A stretch of 64,000 nt of DNA from Octopus sinensis. Lineage: Eukaryota. Position 1 is the first letter of the stretch; each line of letters begins with the position of its first letter. The notes under the pieces are model-generated. The model saw only the letters and a program-made list of their open reading frames with translations, made no database searches and was not told the DNA's origin. Below, one piece after another: positions 51,351 to 64,000 of this stretch. The translations under genes were made by a program, and so were the position numbers. The stretch covers positions 22,382,001-22,446,000 of the forward strand of contig NC_043008.1 of assembly GCF_006345805.1 (NCBI RefSeq). Reading direction: 5' to 3'.

Positions 51351-51706
51351 AAGTTGAGGTTATATGAGATAATGTTGTCAATGAGACCCAAAAGTGTCAG
51401 GTAATGCTGAATAAGTGCTATAGACAGACCGTAGTTAAGTTCCAGATTCGGTAATATTGCGGATAAAGGGTTGAATGTTGGTTCTATGTCAGCTTGTGTA
51501 TATAAGAATTTTTTGCGTAATGATATAAAAAAAAACCAAGGCTGTATAGATATTAGAGCATTTATAGATAGAAGGTCTTACAGCTGTTTCTAGGATATTA
51601 ATTAATAATATCATAGAAACAGCCGTAAGACCTACTATCTACAAATGCTCTTATATCAATACAGCCTTGGTTTTTTTAATCTCATTACGCAAAAAATTCA
51701 TATATA
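51351..51706. mobile_element. PLE-type pLTR fold-back (arms 51499-51600 / 51606-51706) carrying the 3' half of a hammerhead
   Basis: The minus strand of the left arm reads GAAACAGCTGTAAGACC, the right arm GAAACAGCCGTAAGACC. The unpaired part matches another copy at ~23380-23590. Confidence 0.68.
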
Positions 51707-53210
51707 TTAATATTAATATATTTTTAAAGCACTCACACTGCTATTGTTTAGTTGGTAGACACGCTTGAGCGTTAGATCTAATATTTCTCTGCACTTAGTC
51801 CAACGGTTTCCACACAGGCGATAGCAAGCGCCATTTCTCGCAAAGGGTGTTCAGATTGTTTGATGTGATGGTACAAGTGAGGATAATTTTAAAAATAGCG
51901 TTGATTTAATTCCTTTTTGGAACAGTGGATCGCGAAGCACATTAAGACTATAAAATGTAGCATGTAAACATTGGGTCGAAAAAGCCAAATATATAGAATT
52001 CGAAGGCTGCCTTTTATCATAAAGTGGTTTTTAACACAATATTTATATGCCATTATTTAAAGTTTTATGTGCTTAGAGATCCACTCTTCCAGAAACAAAA
52101 GAAAAAGACTTATTTGACGGACGTTCTCTCGAAATTTTATATATTCTTATAACATCAAGAAGTGTTGATTTAATTATCACGCTTCCGTGATTATTCCTTT
52201 GCTGTTGTCTTCTGTGTATGTGTGTGACTCCCCTCTAGACCCCTACACATCATTAAGCATAATGTAACGTGATACTAAAGGAAAGAAGTACGGAAAAGGC
52301 AAAGGCGGTGATGAAACTAAAAGCATTCAGCATTCTGCTGAGTTCAACTCACGAAAACGCTAACATTGCCTTTCGTATCTTTTAAATTGATAAAATGAGT
52401 CAACCAGTCATACACTAGGGTCAAGTCAGTCGACTACATTTGCCTTCTCTTCTAACAGAATTTGGACTTATGCATACGCAAAGAAAATAGAATATCATTT
52501 TTGTCAGTTTAAACACAACCTTTATTTCGAATTCCATGCTTTATATTTCTGAATCATTCTTTATTCAAGTTTATTTTGACTTTCTAGAAAGTTAATTCGT
52601 CAAAATTCTTGATTGAAGATCATTCATAGCATCGAAGACATATTTTTCGATAACATTATCAATATCATATACTTAATGCATATGTCTTGTTAAAAGCTAA
52701 TAGCTGTAGTATTCCGTCTAAAGGAAATCCGTCAAAGATGTATAGTGTTAAAAAAAAATTATGCAGTATATCTCAAAGTTAGACGAAACGTTTTTTAACA
52801 TCATATGTTAGTTTCGCCCATTTTTTAAGTATACTGTGTTTTTTTTTTTAACATTATACACCCTTGGAAGGTGATATCGCAGCTACAAGCGTATATCAAC
52901 ACACATTGAGCTATATTGATAGCATTTACGTTATTGAGATGCTTCTAACACGAACTTTGAATGATCTTTTTGCTTTTTTCTCTGTAACTACACAAGACAA
53001 TGAATTAAGTGACACGATTTCACCTGACTAAATGTCATTCTTCGTCAATGGTTCTCAAACTAGCAAATACCCCCAACTCCACCTCTGCACCCAAAATATC
53101 AAAAAACAAAATTACTGAAAGCTCGTCCACGTTCTCTTTATCGATGAGATCACATAATTGAGCTTGCATCGATATAATCTTACTTGCTTCACCAAGATAT
53201 TTGACAAGTT

Positions 53211-53621
53211 GGATCTTTTCGGTTTGAACGGCAGTTTTTTTCTAGCGGTGTCATATGAAATTGTCAACTATAATTATGACCCTAGAATCGATCTATTGCA
53301 TTTCAATCTCTTTTAGGGTTAGGGGTGGGGGAAGGGTATCTTTTTTCTTCACAAATGTAAATAAACCCAATCTGTTTCTTAAACGAGGGACATATTCATA
53401 CGGCACAGAATGCTTTTTACCTCAATGGACGTCATTGATTGGTTGAAATTGCAGAAATTGAAGAAAAAAAACAACAAATATCTTACAAACTATAGAATTT
53501 TCTCAATAAAGCCAAGAGAAAAAGATGTTTTATAAACACATTCTACCAGTATACGAAGTTTAAAATTTTTTAGTTACGTGGAAATTATTTTAAAAAACTG
53601 CCGTTCAAACCGAAAAGATCC
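53211..53621. mobile_element. MITE with 29-bp TIR (GGATCTTTTCGGTTTGAACGGCAGTTTTT), copy 1
   Basis: Perfect TIRs; degenerate 8-bp flanks gacaagtt / ggcaagat. Confidence 0.85.
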
Positions 53622-54445
53622 GGCAAGATTTTAAAAAGCTACAAACTTTAATGATTTTATTAAGCATAACATTTTGTCCCCATCACCACCACCACCATCC
53701 CGCCAGCCTCCTTTTCAATCATTACAGCTTCTACAACATGAGAAGCACTGCTTTACACCATCCTGCTCGGATGAATTTCTCGGTCGTCTCCTCCGGTGAC
53801 TATAAAATTAGTTCCAGAAACTGGATAGTAGTCTTAATCCATCGTTCGATTTAACATCACCACTTCGTCCTTGATTAATTTAACTTAGTATTGCACTTTG
53901 TTTGCAAACATCCGGGCTGTCTCCGATCTGAAAGAAGATTACTCCGTTCTTCCCACAAAGCATTTGAGCCCTAAAGGAACATAGATTCTGCTCTTTCCTC
54001 TTGAACTTAGCCCTGATATATAAACAAATACACACACACAAATACAGGTACACACATACACAGAAGAGTTTATTCAAGCGATTATAATCCTCCCAACTCT
54101 TGGAAAAGTTAATCTTCCTCGTTTATAAAAGTAAAATATTGCTAATTAAAGTAATTAGGAAATCGCAGAAACGACAGAGCGCCGGACTAAATTCGTTCTT
54201 TTACGTTCTAAATACGGCTCCCACTTACCGACGACAACTCACCTCTCATCCTTTATGGATTGATAAAATAAATACTAGCTATATACTTGGGTCCATACAA
54301 TCAACAATATACTCACGTACTAAGTTAATGTTTATTGCCTTTAAATCTGTTTTGTATTATAAGCCCTTAAATCTTATAATTTGACCCTTTTTACTCAAAT
54401 TAAGATATCATTTATGGTATTTACAATGATAGCGAGCAGGCAGAA

Positions 54446-54640
54446 GCGCTGCCGCATCGGGAAAAAATGCTTAGCAGCGTTTTTTCCAACCCTTTACGTC
54501 CTGAGATCAAATTCTGCAGAGATCGACTTTACCTTTCATCCTTTCGGGGTCGATAAAATAAGTACCAGTGGGCACTGGGGGGTCGATACAATCGACTTCC
54601 CCCTCCCTTCAAAATTGTTGGCCTTATGCTAAAATTAGAA
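54446..54640 (+). mobile_element. SINE family A (CpG-retaining copy; other copies ~52320, ~54160, ~55040)
   Basis: tcgactttacctttcatcctttcggggtcgataaaataagtacc. Confidence 0.7.
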
Positions 54641-55230
54641 AGAATACTATTTACAATAATATGGAGCATTGTTGGAATAACAGAATTGGTAAAGAAGAAA
54701 CCTATCAAGAAAGTAATTTTATCTGTAACCATTCCACATTTATTATTTATCTCGTTGTTATTTTATTTTTTATTTTTTTCAGATACATTGTATCTAAAAG
54801 ATCACGTTGTCCAATAACTTCTTTTTTCTGTAAAACGGTAGGTTGTGATTTGAGGGAGATTTGGCTGCTAATCCTAGCGAGTCGAGTGTCAGCAGAAAGA
54901 AATAGTAAAACATTGACATCCTTTTAATTTGTGTTGTCTTGTGCCAATGCTGGAAATTTTTTTTATAATTTCCATAAAGCAACAGAGTTACAGAGTCGTT
55001 ACAGCTCCAGCTGATGTCTTCTGGTAGTTACTTAGTTCAGTTAACATTCTCAGTTCGAATTTTGCCGGGATCGAATTTTGGTTTCATCTTTCATGGGCCG
55101 ATGAAATAAAGTATGAATATCGGGGTCGATTTCATTGACTGCACATCCAAGCCTGGTCTTGTTCTTTTAATTTGTTTTAGTCATCGCAACCAAGGCTAAA
55201 CCTGGGCAGTGTGTTAATGTTAAATATCCT

Positions 55231-55655
55231 CTGTGTACCATACTTAAAGCAGATACTACACTGAAAGCCTTATATTCTGTAGTATGCATCTCTTATAGAT
55301 GTATAGTGTTAAACAAAAACTTAGAAATATATCAGTTGTGAACAGAAATCGTCCAGCAACGATAGTGGCGTTACTAAATACGTATTTCTGTTTCTTTGAG
55401 CTTCGTCAACAGTAAGATCCCCTGGAAAACACAGACCAAGAATTTCGGTAGAAATAAGTATTGAGCAACGACACTACTACTGAACAATTTCGTTTGCTAC
55501 TGATATATTTCTATGTTTTTAACACTATACGTCTATAAAAAGATGCTTTCTCGAGATGAATATTTTAGTTTATAAAGCTTTCGATTATGTATCTGCTTTA
55601 AGTATGATACACAGATTGCTATTTTGAACTAATACTGCTTCTGCTGCTAAATACA
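55231..55655. mobile_element. Family H as an inverted (fold-back) pair
   Basis: ctgtgtaccatacttaaagcagatac (55231) is the reverse complement of gtatctgctttaagtatgatacacag (to 55614). Decayed hammerhead TTGACGA...CAAAGA...GAAATACGTATT on the minus strand at 55409-55375. Confidence 0.62.
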
Positions 55656-56040
55656 TACTGTTAAAAATATCCTGTGCAACGAGAATTGTACCCCAAGGGA
55701 ATATTTGGTCAGTCAAAATCATGACCTCGTTCTGAATTTCCGTTCATATTTATACAGCTTACGAAAACATTCGGAGTCATCCGAACCTGAAACGGCAGCC
55801 AAATTTCTTTCAGATCACAAGAACATGTTGCATAACATAGTCCCCGATATATAAAAAGGTCTACTCGATTATGACTGCATTAACGAACGATCACAACCGT
55901 CAAATTAACTCGTTTGTCTCCTTTTCTAAAATACAGTTTCCATGTTTCTAGTGATACTGCCGCCGTCAGCACAGAAAGGGTTTCGTTTTCAAAACAGTAA
56001 GTGTAGGAAAGGCATGAGTGTCAAAAGACCTCGTATTTTT

Positions 56041-56448
56041 GGATCTTTTCGGTTTGAACGGCAGTTTTTTCTAGCGGTGTCATATGAAATTGTCACCCAT
56101 AATTATGACCCTAGAATCGATCTATTGCATTTCAATCTCTTTTAGGATTAGGGGTGGGGGAAGGGTATCTTTTTTTCTTCACGAATGTAAATAAACCCAA
56201 TCTGTTTCTTAAACGCGGGACATATTCATACGGCACAGAATGCTTTTTACCTCAATAGACGTCATTGATTGGTTGAAATTGCAGAAATTGAAGAAAAAAC
56301 AACAAATTTCTTACAAACTATAGAATTTTCTCAATAAAGCCAAGAGAAAAAGATGTTTTATAAACACATTCTACCAGTATACGAAGTTTAAAATTTTTTA
56401 GTTACCTAGAAATTATGTTAAAAACTGCCGTTCAAACCGAAAAGATCC
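56041..56448. mobile_element. MITE copy 2, with 8-bp TSD GTATTTTT
   Basis: Same TIRs and body as 53211; gtattttt at 56033-56040 and 56449-56456. Confidence 0.87.
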
Positions 56449-57282
56449 GTATTTTTTCTCTATTGACATCAGAAATATTTCGTTTATGTAAGAAATGAAT
56501 ATTTGTTTTGGGATCAAAACCTGAGTACCCATCAAACCAAAACCCCACCGACATGATTTCAATCCTTGAGTAAAGCCATTTCGTTCACTTTCGCTGTTAT
56601 TCATTTCTAGAAAGTATTGAACATCACAACTTCTCATTTTCATTTCCCCACAGAAATGCAGGGATTTGAACACAAACATACCCACGCACACCCGTATACA
56701 TACATACATACATACATACATACATACATACATACATACATACATACGCACGAGCGCATTCACACGTTTGGTTTAAGTTCGTTCCTCAGTCAAGTGGTAC
56801 TATGTTCGATATTATTATGGGGCAATCTGAACAGCTGTTTTCTACAGTCATATCGGGTTGACCAATGCATTGTAATTAGAATTTAGAAGACAGAAATTGT
56901 GCGGAAGCTTGTTATGTGGGTGGGTGGGTGTTGTATGTGTGTTGTGTTCACCAACATGCTGAACTTTTGTGTCAAAATTAACGATTCGAACAAGGGCTCT
57001 TTAAAATACCTGCTAGATTGTCTTAAGTGCCGAGTTAGATTTGATCAACTGAAAACCTTTGGTCTCATTCCAGTGAATGATACCATTAAAAACCACTAAC
57101 AGAATATACACTTAGAAATATATTGCAAAAGTTCTTAAATTTGCTTACCAAAAAGGTAAAATTAAATTTGTGCAACCGAAACTCTCAGCAAGACGACGCT
57201 TACCCAGTCGTAGTCAATCATAAATTGTAACATACCCATACATATAGACACATACATATCCATGCGTACACATGCATATGCG

Positions 57283-58796
57283 TCTCAACAAATATCAAGC
57301 CTGCCATATGGGTACGTTGGTGCACTCTTCATTTTGGATGGGAATACATGAAGTTATATAAGACTGTACGGGATTTTTTGGATAAATAAATAAATGTATA
57401 TATCATGGGAAGTAACTTATAAGAAAACCCTAATTGTTGTCCCCGTTTCGTTAGTCCTGGAATCTTTGCAAGGAGTTGTGTTCATATATATATATATATA
57501 TATATATGGGCGCTCATATATTCTTTAAGAGGCTGTAACCGAATTGCATTTAACGCTACTGGTTGTATTTGTTCCTCATTAGCTCTGATAAGTCTTCAAT
57601 TTCAGGTCGAGTATCTGAGCCAATAGATGATGATGGCTCAGATCATCTATTGGCTGAGTCATCATCTATACGGTGGTGGTGGTGGTGGTGGTGGTAGTCT
57701 CTTGTAGTCAGAGCTGCGCAAAGGATTTGTTTGTAGTGGTCAGGCGTACGTGTTGTACATCGGCTCACTCTCTCCATCACATCGACATTGCGTGAACAGG
57801 TACGTGGTGTGCCACGCGTCAGGTGTCGAAGTGATCGTAGAACAACGTGATACGAAGTGTTTTGCACAAGAACACAACGCATCACCCGGTCTAGGAATTG
57901 AAACCACGATCTCATAATCCTGAGTGCAGCACCTTAAACACTTGACCATGTATCCTCACGCACATATATACATACACAAACGTATAAGTCCATATTAGCA
58001 GATCTGCCTGCCATGCATAGATATACACAGATATTTATGCATACATACTAACATGCAAGAGAAAGAAAATTACTATGGAGCGTTGACAAAGCGTTTGCAA
58101 ATCCAGTACCCAAGATGCATCTTCATTTTATTGTTATTGAAGCTATTGGATATGTACCAACCAGCTTGAAGCAAAGAATTGCTTAACTTGGATTCTTGGG
58201 TGAGCAAATAATCAAGACATCTTGGACAATAAAAATCTCCACGATTTTATTTAGATTTAAAGGATGATGACTAAAACAAAACGCTTTCCTTCAAAAATTT
58301 GCTAGCAAACAGTGGTCGGTTCAAATTAACTCTAAATTAAAACGAGGAAAAGAAACCATCCATCCATACATACATACATACATACATACATACATACATA
58401 CATACATACATACATGCATGAATACAGACGGATGGTTAGAAACGAAGGAAGAAAAAAAAAAATATATATATATATATACACATACACACATAAACATCGA
58501 ACAGTGAGGATGAGGGCGCAACGCCGCATTGCGTGATAAATATCCTTTATTTGTGGGTTAAGGCTACCAATGGTTTCATGTCAAGAGAAATTTCTCAACA
58601 ATTATCAAGCCTGCCATATGGGTACGTTGGTGCACTCTTCATTTTGGATGAGAATACATGAAGTTATATGAGACTGTACGGGATTTTTGGATAAATAAAT
58701 AAATGTATATATCATGGGAAGTAACTTATAAGAAAACCCTAATTGTTGTCTCACTTTCGTTAGTCCTGCAATCTTTGTAAGGTGTTGTGTTCATAT
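57283..58796 (+). repeat. ~205-bp direct duplication (57283-57487 and 58593-58796)
   Basis: Near-identical tctcaaca..tcaagcctgccatatgggtacgttgg...gtgttcatat, 1310 bp apart. Confidence 0.85.
57720..57960 (-). mobile_element. SINE with a family D-like head and a different 3' part
   Basis: gaagtgttttgcacaagaacacaacgcatcacccggtctaggaattgaaaccacgatc. Confidence 0.6.
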
Positions 58797-58847
58797 TGTT
58801 CATATATATATAGAGAGAGGAATACAAATATATGTGTGTGTGTGTGC

Positions 58848-58893
<46 letters not shown>

Positions 58894-59023
58894 AAATATA
58901 GATAGATAGATAGATAGATAGATATAGATATAAACATACATGTATACATATACATATGTATGTATATATATATAGGTGTGTATACATATATATATACATG
59001 TGTATATAAATATATGTGTATAT

Positions 59024-59071
<48 letters not shown>

Positions 59072-59653
59072 TACAAAATTTTATGGATATCTGTCAGTTT
59101 CGGCGGTGAGTATTGAAATGTTTAATCAACTGAGATATCCTACCCGTTCTTTGCATTAGCATGTAAGTGGCAGAGTATTCCGCACACACGCATACCCATA
59201 ATCATAATCCTGAAGCAGAAATTAGAGTGGCACTGTGTGCCAAGGCTAGACTTTTAATATACGGGTACATCCACCCAACGTGATCCTACACAGTTTCTTT
59301 CTATTCAATTTCATTTCAAGGCTTCGGTCGACCCGGAGGTGCGGTAAAAAATATATGCCCAAAATACGACATTGTGGAATCGAAACTTGTGCCTGTTGAT
59401 TGCGAAGCGAACTTCTTAAACATTAAACCATGCTGTATTTGTATACATACACTCATATACACATACATGAATGCATGAACATAAATACAAAGAAGTGAAT
59501 GCGTATGTCTACCTGTATATATGCACATACTCAGACATACATAAATATACAAGCACAAACACATATTTGTTCATGTATGTATATAACTATATACACACAT
59601 ATTTACATATACATACGTTCATATATAAACATGCATAGAAGCTCATGTATGTG

Positions 59654-59698
<45 letters not shown>

Positions 59699-59754
59699 GT
59701 ATATATGAAAACTTGTATTAATGCAAATACATATATACATACATATATATACAC

Positions 59755-59819
<65 letters not shown>

Positions 59820-59830
59820 ATATATATATA

Positions 59831-60263
59831 TGCACATATACATATACACAAACAATCAGAACACGGATTTATAACATCTGCACTGCACATAATATATAAT
59901 TGTGCATATGCAGATATGCGTATATACACATACACACATCGTATCTCCTTCATGTACACACACAAATGCACATACATTACCCTAAATACACATATACACA
60001 ATCACTTTACACATGACATATATAATGAGAAGTAATCTAAACAAAAAAAATGAGTTTATAGCCAACAGAAACATCCTTTTATGGTTTGAAAACTATTTTT
60101 CATTCTTTCATTTGTTTTTCTCAATTTCCTTCTCATGACAAAAAAAATATTTCAAGATTCTACACCCTTGGCCCACTGTTTACATATCTACACTCTTGCA
60201 CCACAGTCGTGTATTGAGTATTGAACACTTTTATGGTTTTTGTACTTTATACATAAACAAGCA

Positions 60264-60309
<46 letters not shown>

Positions 60310-60319
60310 ACATACATAA

Positions 60320-60358
<39 letters not shown>

Positions 60359-60421
60359 CATACATAAATATATATATATATATATATATACATAAATATA
60401 TATATATATACTATATATATA

Positions 60422-60478
<57 letters not shown>

Positions 60479-60905
60479 TATACATATACACAAACAATCA
60501 GAACACGGATTTATAACATCTGCACTGCACATAATATATAATTGTGCATATGCAGATATGCGTATATACACATACACACATCGTATCTCCTTCATGTACA
60601 CACACAAATGCACATACATTACCCTAAATACACATATACACAATCACTTTACACATGACATATATAATGAGAAGTAATCTAAACAAAAAAAATGAGTTTA
60701 TAGCCAACAGAAACATCCTTTTATGGTTTGAAAACTATTTTTCATTCTTTCATTTGTTTTTCTCAATTTCCTTCTCATGACAAAAAAAATATTTCAAGAT
60801 TCTACACCCTTGGCCCACTGTTTACATATCTACACTCTTGCACCACAGTCGTGTATTGAGTATTGAACACTTTTATGGTTTTTGTACTTTATACATAAAC
60901 AAGCA

Positions 60906-60951
<46 letters not shown>

Positions 60952-60961
60952 ACATACATAA

Positions 60962-61000
<39 letters not shown>

Positions 61001-61035
61001 CATACATAAATATATATATATATATATATACATAA

Positions 61036-61110
<75 letters not shown>
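59831..61110 (+). repeat. Tandem duplication with a 642-bp period, joined through (TA)n
   Basis: 59831-60265 and 60473-60907 read identically by eye. Confidence 0.9.
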
Positions 61111-61121
<11 letters not shown>

Positions 61122-61819
61122 CTGCGATCCATGGCTGAACTATTTTTTCGATATTTTAAGCTGGTTTTATATATATTGGAATAATTTCATTCTTCTGTGT
61201 GTGGCTACCACTTTCTTTGGCCAGTTTCCAATTATTTTGCTAAGATGGTGTTTTTGCTAGTCGTTACTTTTCAATTGCCAATTCGGTAATTTTCTATCTC
61301 CATTGATAAACTTCGCTATTGCATCCGGATCATCCGAATTGCTCAATTTTCGGTTCAGGGCTTTTGATCCACTGTCGTGTTGTTGGATTTTATTTGCCAA
61401 TTCGTGATTTTTCCACCTTCAAGAGTAAGTAATGTAGTCAGGAACATTACCGAGAGAATAATTGTTATCTCCTACTAAGTTATATTCTACAATGATGCTG
61501 TAACATTGACGAGGTTCAAAGAAAAATTACAATTCGTATCCAAAACCACGCAAACGAACCACAAACAGAACAAAACCAAATTCAGCTTGACCTCCTGCAT
61601 AAATATACTGAGCTAAGAGGTACATAACTTCCCAAACTAACCACAGAACATTTCTCAATTGACCATTAAGCTACTGAAAAGGAAAAATATAAAATATATT
61701 TACAGCTACACGAAAGACCAAAATTTCACCTAGCATGTTATGAATAACAAAGTATTCAGAAACTCACAATCCACAGCCGAAATGGATGCAACTTCAATGG
61801 ATCAAAACGTTTCTTATTC

Positions 61820-63000
61820 AGTGGATATTGCTTTAGAGATAAGTAACCTACGAGGCAACAACACTACAAACAAAAAACTTAACGACGAAAATTATATCGG
61901 AGCAACAGAGATACGTTTAAGCCCACAGAACATACATATCTATGAATAGAAGAAGCATAACGTCTCAGTCAAAGTATATTTTGGGTATAGGTGTGAAAAT
62001 ATCAATATAGATATAAACTGGGCTATAATAGACAACCCTACGTCTTACGTAATTGATTCCAGGACCTGCTTCCTGTGCACCGCAGAAAATGCCACATAGG
62101 TTCTTTAGAAAATATATTCATTCAACAGAAGGAATGTAGTGGTATTACTTCACAGTTAACAAAATAATTTTATTTTTAATAAACTAGCTTGAATAGTAAA
62201 AGACTAACTGTTAGCAGCAGAAATTGCAATTGAAGCAGGATAACACTGTCTCCAACGCAACCACATAGCAAAGTAATGAATGAATTATAAATTGTAGAAA
62301 AGAATGATTTAGAGACACCAAAAACAAAATGCAGGAATCAAAGAAGACGATGACAATAAAATTTTAGCAAATTCAGACACAGGCAAAATTAAATGAACAG
62401 AGTAACGATCTGGGGAAAAATATATTATAATGAAATAAATATTATAACAATTCTAGTAAAATAGGATATTTACCTGTAAAGTTAGAAAAACCAGCGAATT
62501 GGCCAAAAAAAACCTTCAACACGACTACGCCAAAGTTTTGGTGCGCCCAGGATGACCAATACAGAATAAATACAGACATCAAAGATAAGAAAGTCAGAAA
62601 AGAAATTCAATAAAATCAGATGCTCAATAACTAATTTTAACGAAACAGGATATAATAATGAAATCTGTCGACTGAGGTGTTACACAGAACTGACCAATGA
62701 AAAGTTAATAATGCAACAAGCAAAATGCCACGAATCAAAAAACAATCTGCAGAAATTGGATAAAATGGTGAAATCAAGCAATGAAGATGGAAAAACTGAC
62801 AGAGTGAAATTTGAAACGAAACAACATTCGCAAACACCACCGTAATTGAAAAAAAAATAGTGTTTAAAAGAAAACAACTGGTCAATGAAGATGGTAGCCA
62901 GATACAGATAACTGACTTGGCTCCAATGTATATAAAATGAGCTTGAAATGTGAAATAGAAACAGTTCGTTAAAGAACGCAGTGCCATGAAACTCGAGTCA
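61820..63000 (+). pseudogene. Possible highly decayed L1/Tx1-like LINE (APE region)
   Basis: SNLRGNNTTNKKLNDENYIGATEIRL weakly resembles an APE N-terminus; QLVNEDGSQI downstream. Many stops. Confidence 0.3.
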
Positions 63001-63089
63001 CAAGAAAAAGAATTCAGTTTAAATAAACAATTTACTCTACACTGTATATTGAGTACTCTCTTCTTCTTTTATTATGCATATATATGTAT

Positions 63090-63216
<127 letters not shown>

Positions 63217-63429
63217 TCTCACCAGCAGCTGCTAGATGATTTTTTTTTCGTCTGCTACAGATTTATATTGTGGTGTTTTAAACATAGCACATCCATAAGA
63301 GATATTACCTCCGAGTGAATTCTGCAGTAAATTTGCTTTTTTTTTTTTTTTGCAGGGTGTTTTCGTTAAATATGTCACTCGGGTATTGTCTCTATTGTAA
63401 ATAATGAATTTTTATTCAAGAGGGATGTG

Positions 63430-63579
63430 ATTTTCAACACCGGTGAGTGTTTATTTGCTGCGTAGCCTAATCAATTGAGATAAATTTCATTTTAGCATGC
63501 AGCTGGCTCTTAGCGAGGTCGAAATACGCACCTAGCATACTCACCGGCCACTCAGTGCTAGGCGATTTTCGTCTGCTAC

Positions 63580-63585
<6 letters not shown>
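63430..63585 (+). mobile_element. Family H remnant
   Basis: ttttagcatgca...GAAATACGCACCTAGCA...gattttcgtctgctaccgata aligns to family H. Confidence 0.5.
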
Positions 63586-63735
<150 letters not shown>

Positions 63736-63740
63736 AAGTA

Positions 63741-64000
63741 CAGAGGTTGGACAAAATAATGGAAAGACCTTAAAATTTCAAAAAAATTTATTTTGATATG
63801 GGGTAGCACCGCCTTTGGCAGTAATTACAGCTTGAATTCTACGAGGTATGGACACGTACAAAGTTTCAATTGTTTCCAAAGGAATATTTGTCCATTCTTC
63901 AGCTAAAACTGTCTCCTGTTCTTGTAGTGATGATGACGGAGGTTATCGCCTTCTTACTTGCTTTTCTAAAATGCACCATAAATGTTCGATAATATTGAGA
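63741..64000 (-). mobile_element. Tc1-like transposon 3' end (TIR plus C-terminal transposase, decayed)
   Basis: TA|CAGAGGTTGGACAAAATAATGG TIR; minus-strand LNIIEHLWCILEKQVRRR*...SIPRRIQAVITAKGGATPY. Confidence 0.85.

Noticed and set aside
58726-61184. Many YI/HT/CV-repeat ORFs (also 19777-20211, 44942-45608, 46796-47620)
   Set aside because: Dinucleotide and tetranucleotide repeats lacking stops.

Overview
AT-rich, microsatellite-dense eukaryotic DNA. The tRNA-derived SINE families and the (TA)n/(TAA)n/(CAT)n load suggest an octopus or other coleoid cephalopod (inference). One host gene is supported. It is the 3' part of a + strand single-pass membrane protein, built by hand from four frame-compatible GT-AG exons (14189-14276 with the TM helix, 30591-30714, 35901-36104 with an NPxY motif, and 43611-44648). 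Its ectodomain exons are not in the window and I do not recognise the gene. The rest is mobile DNA and simple repeats: several SINE families, RTE 3' ends, Tc1/mariner fossils and MITEs, an R4/Dong-type RLE retrotransposon inside (TAA)n, and many Penelope-like element (PLE) pieces. The most notable signal is several families of type I hammerhead-ribozyme motifs. One is a ~315-340 bp tandem monomer family with a Schistosoma-Sm-alpha-like fold and retrozyme-like architecture. The others are a ~177 bp tandem of minimal hammerheads and asymmetric fold-back insertions, several with 13-16 bp TSDs, some carrying whole or half hammerheads. Many lie sense-strand inside the host gene's introns. CpG is strongly depleted in the sampled intron and not downstream, which looks like a gene-body methylation footprint. 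All folds and alignments were done by eye; repeat boundaries are approximate.
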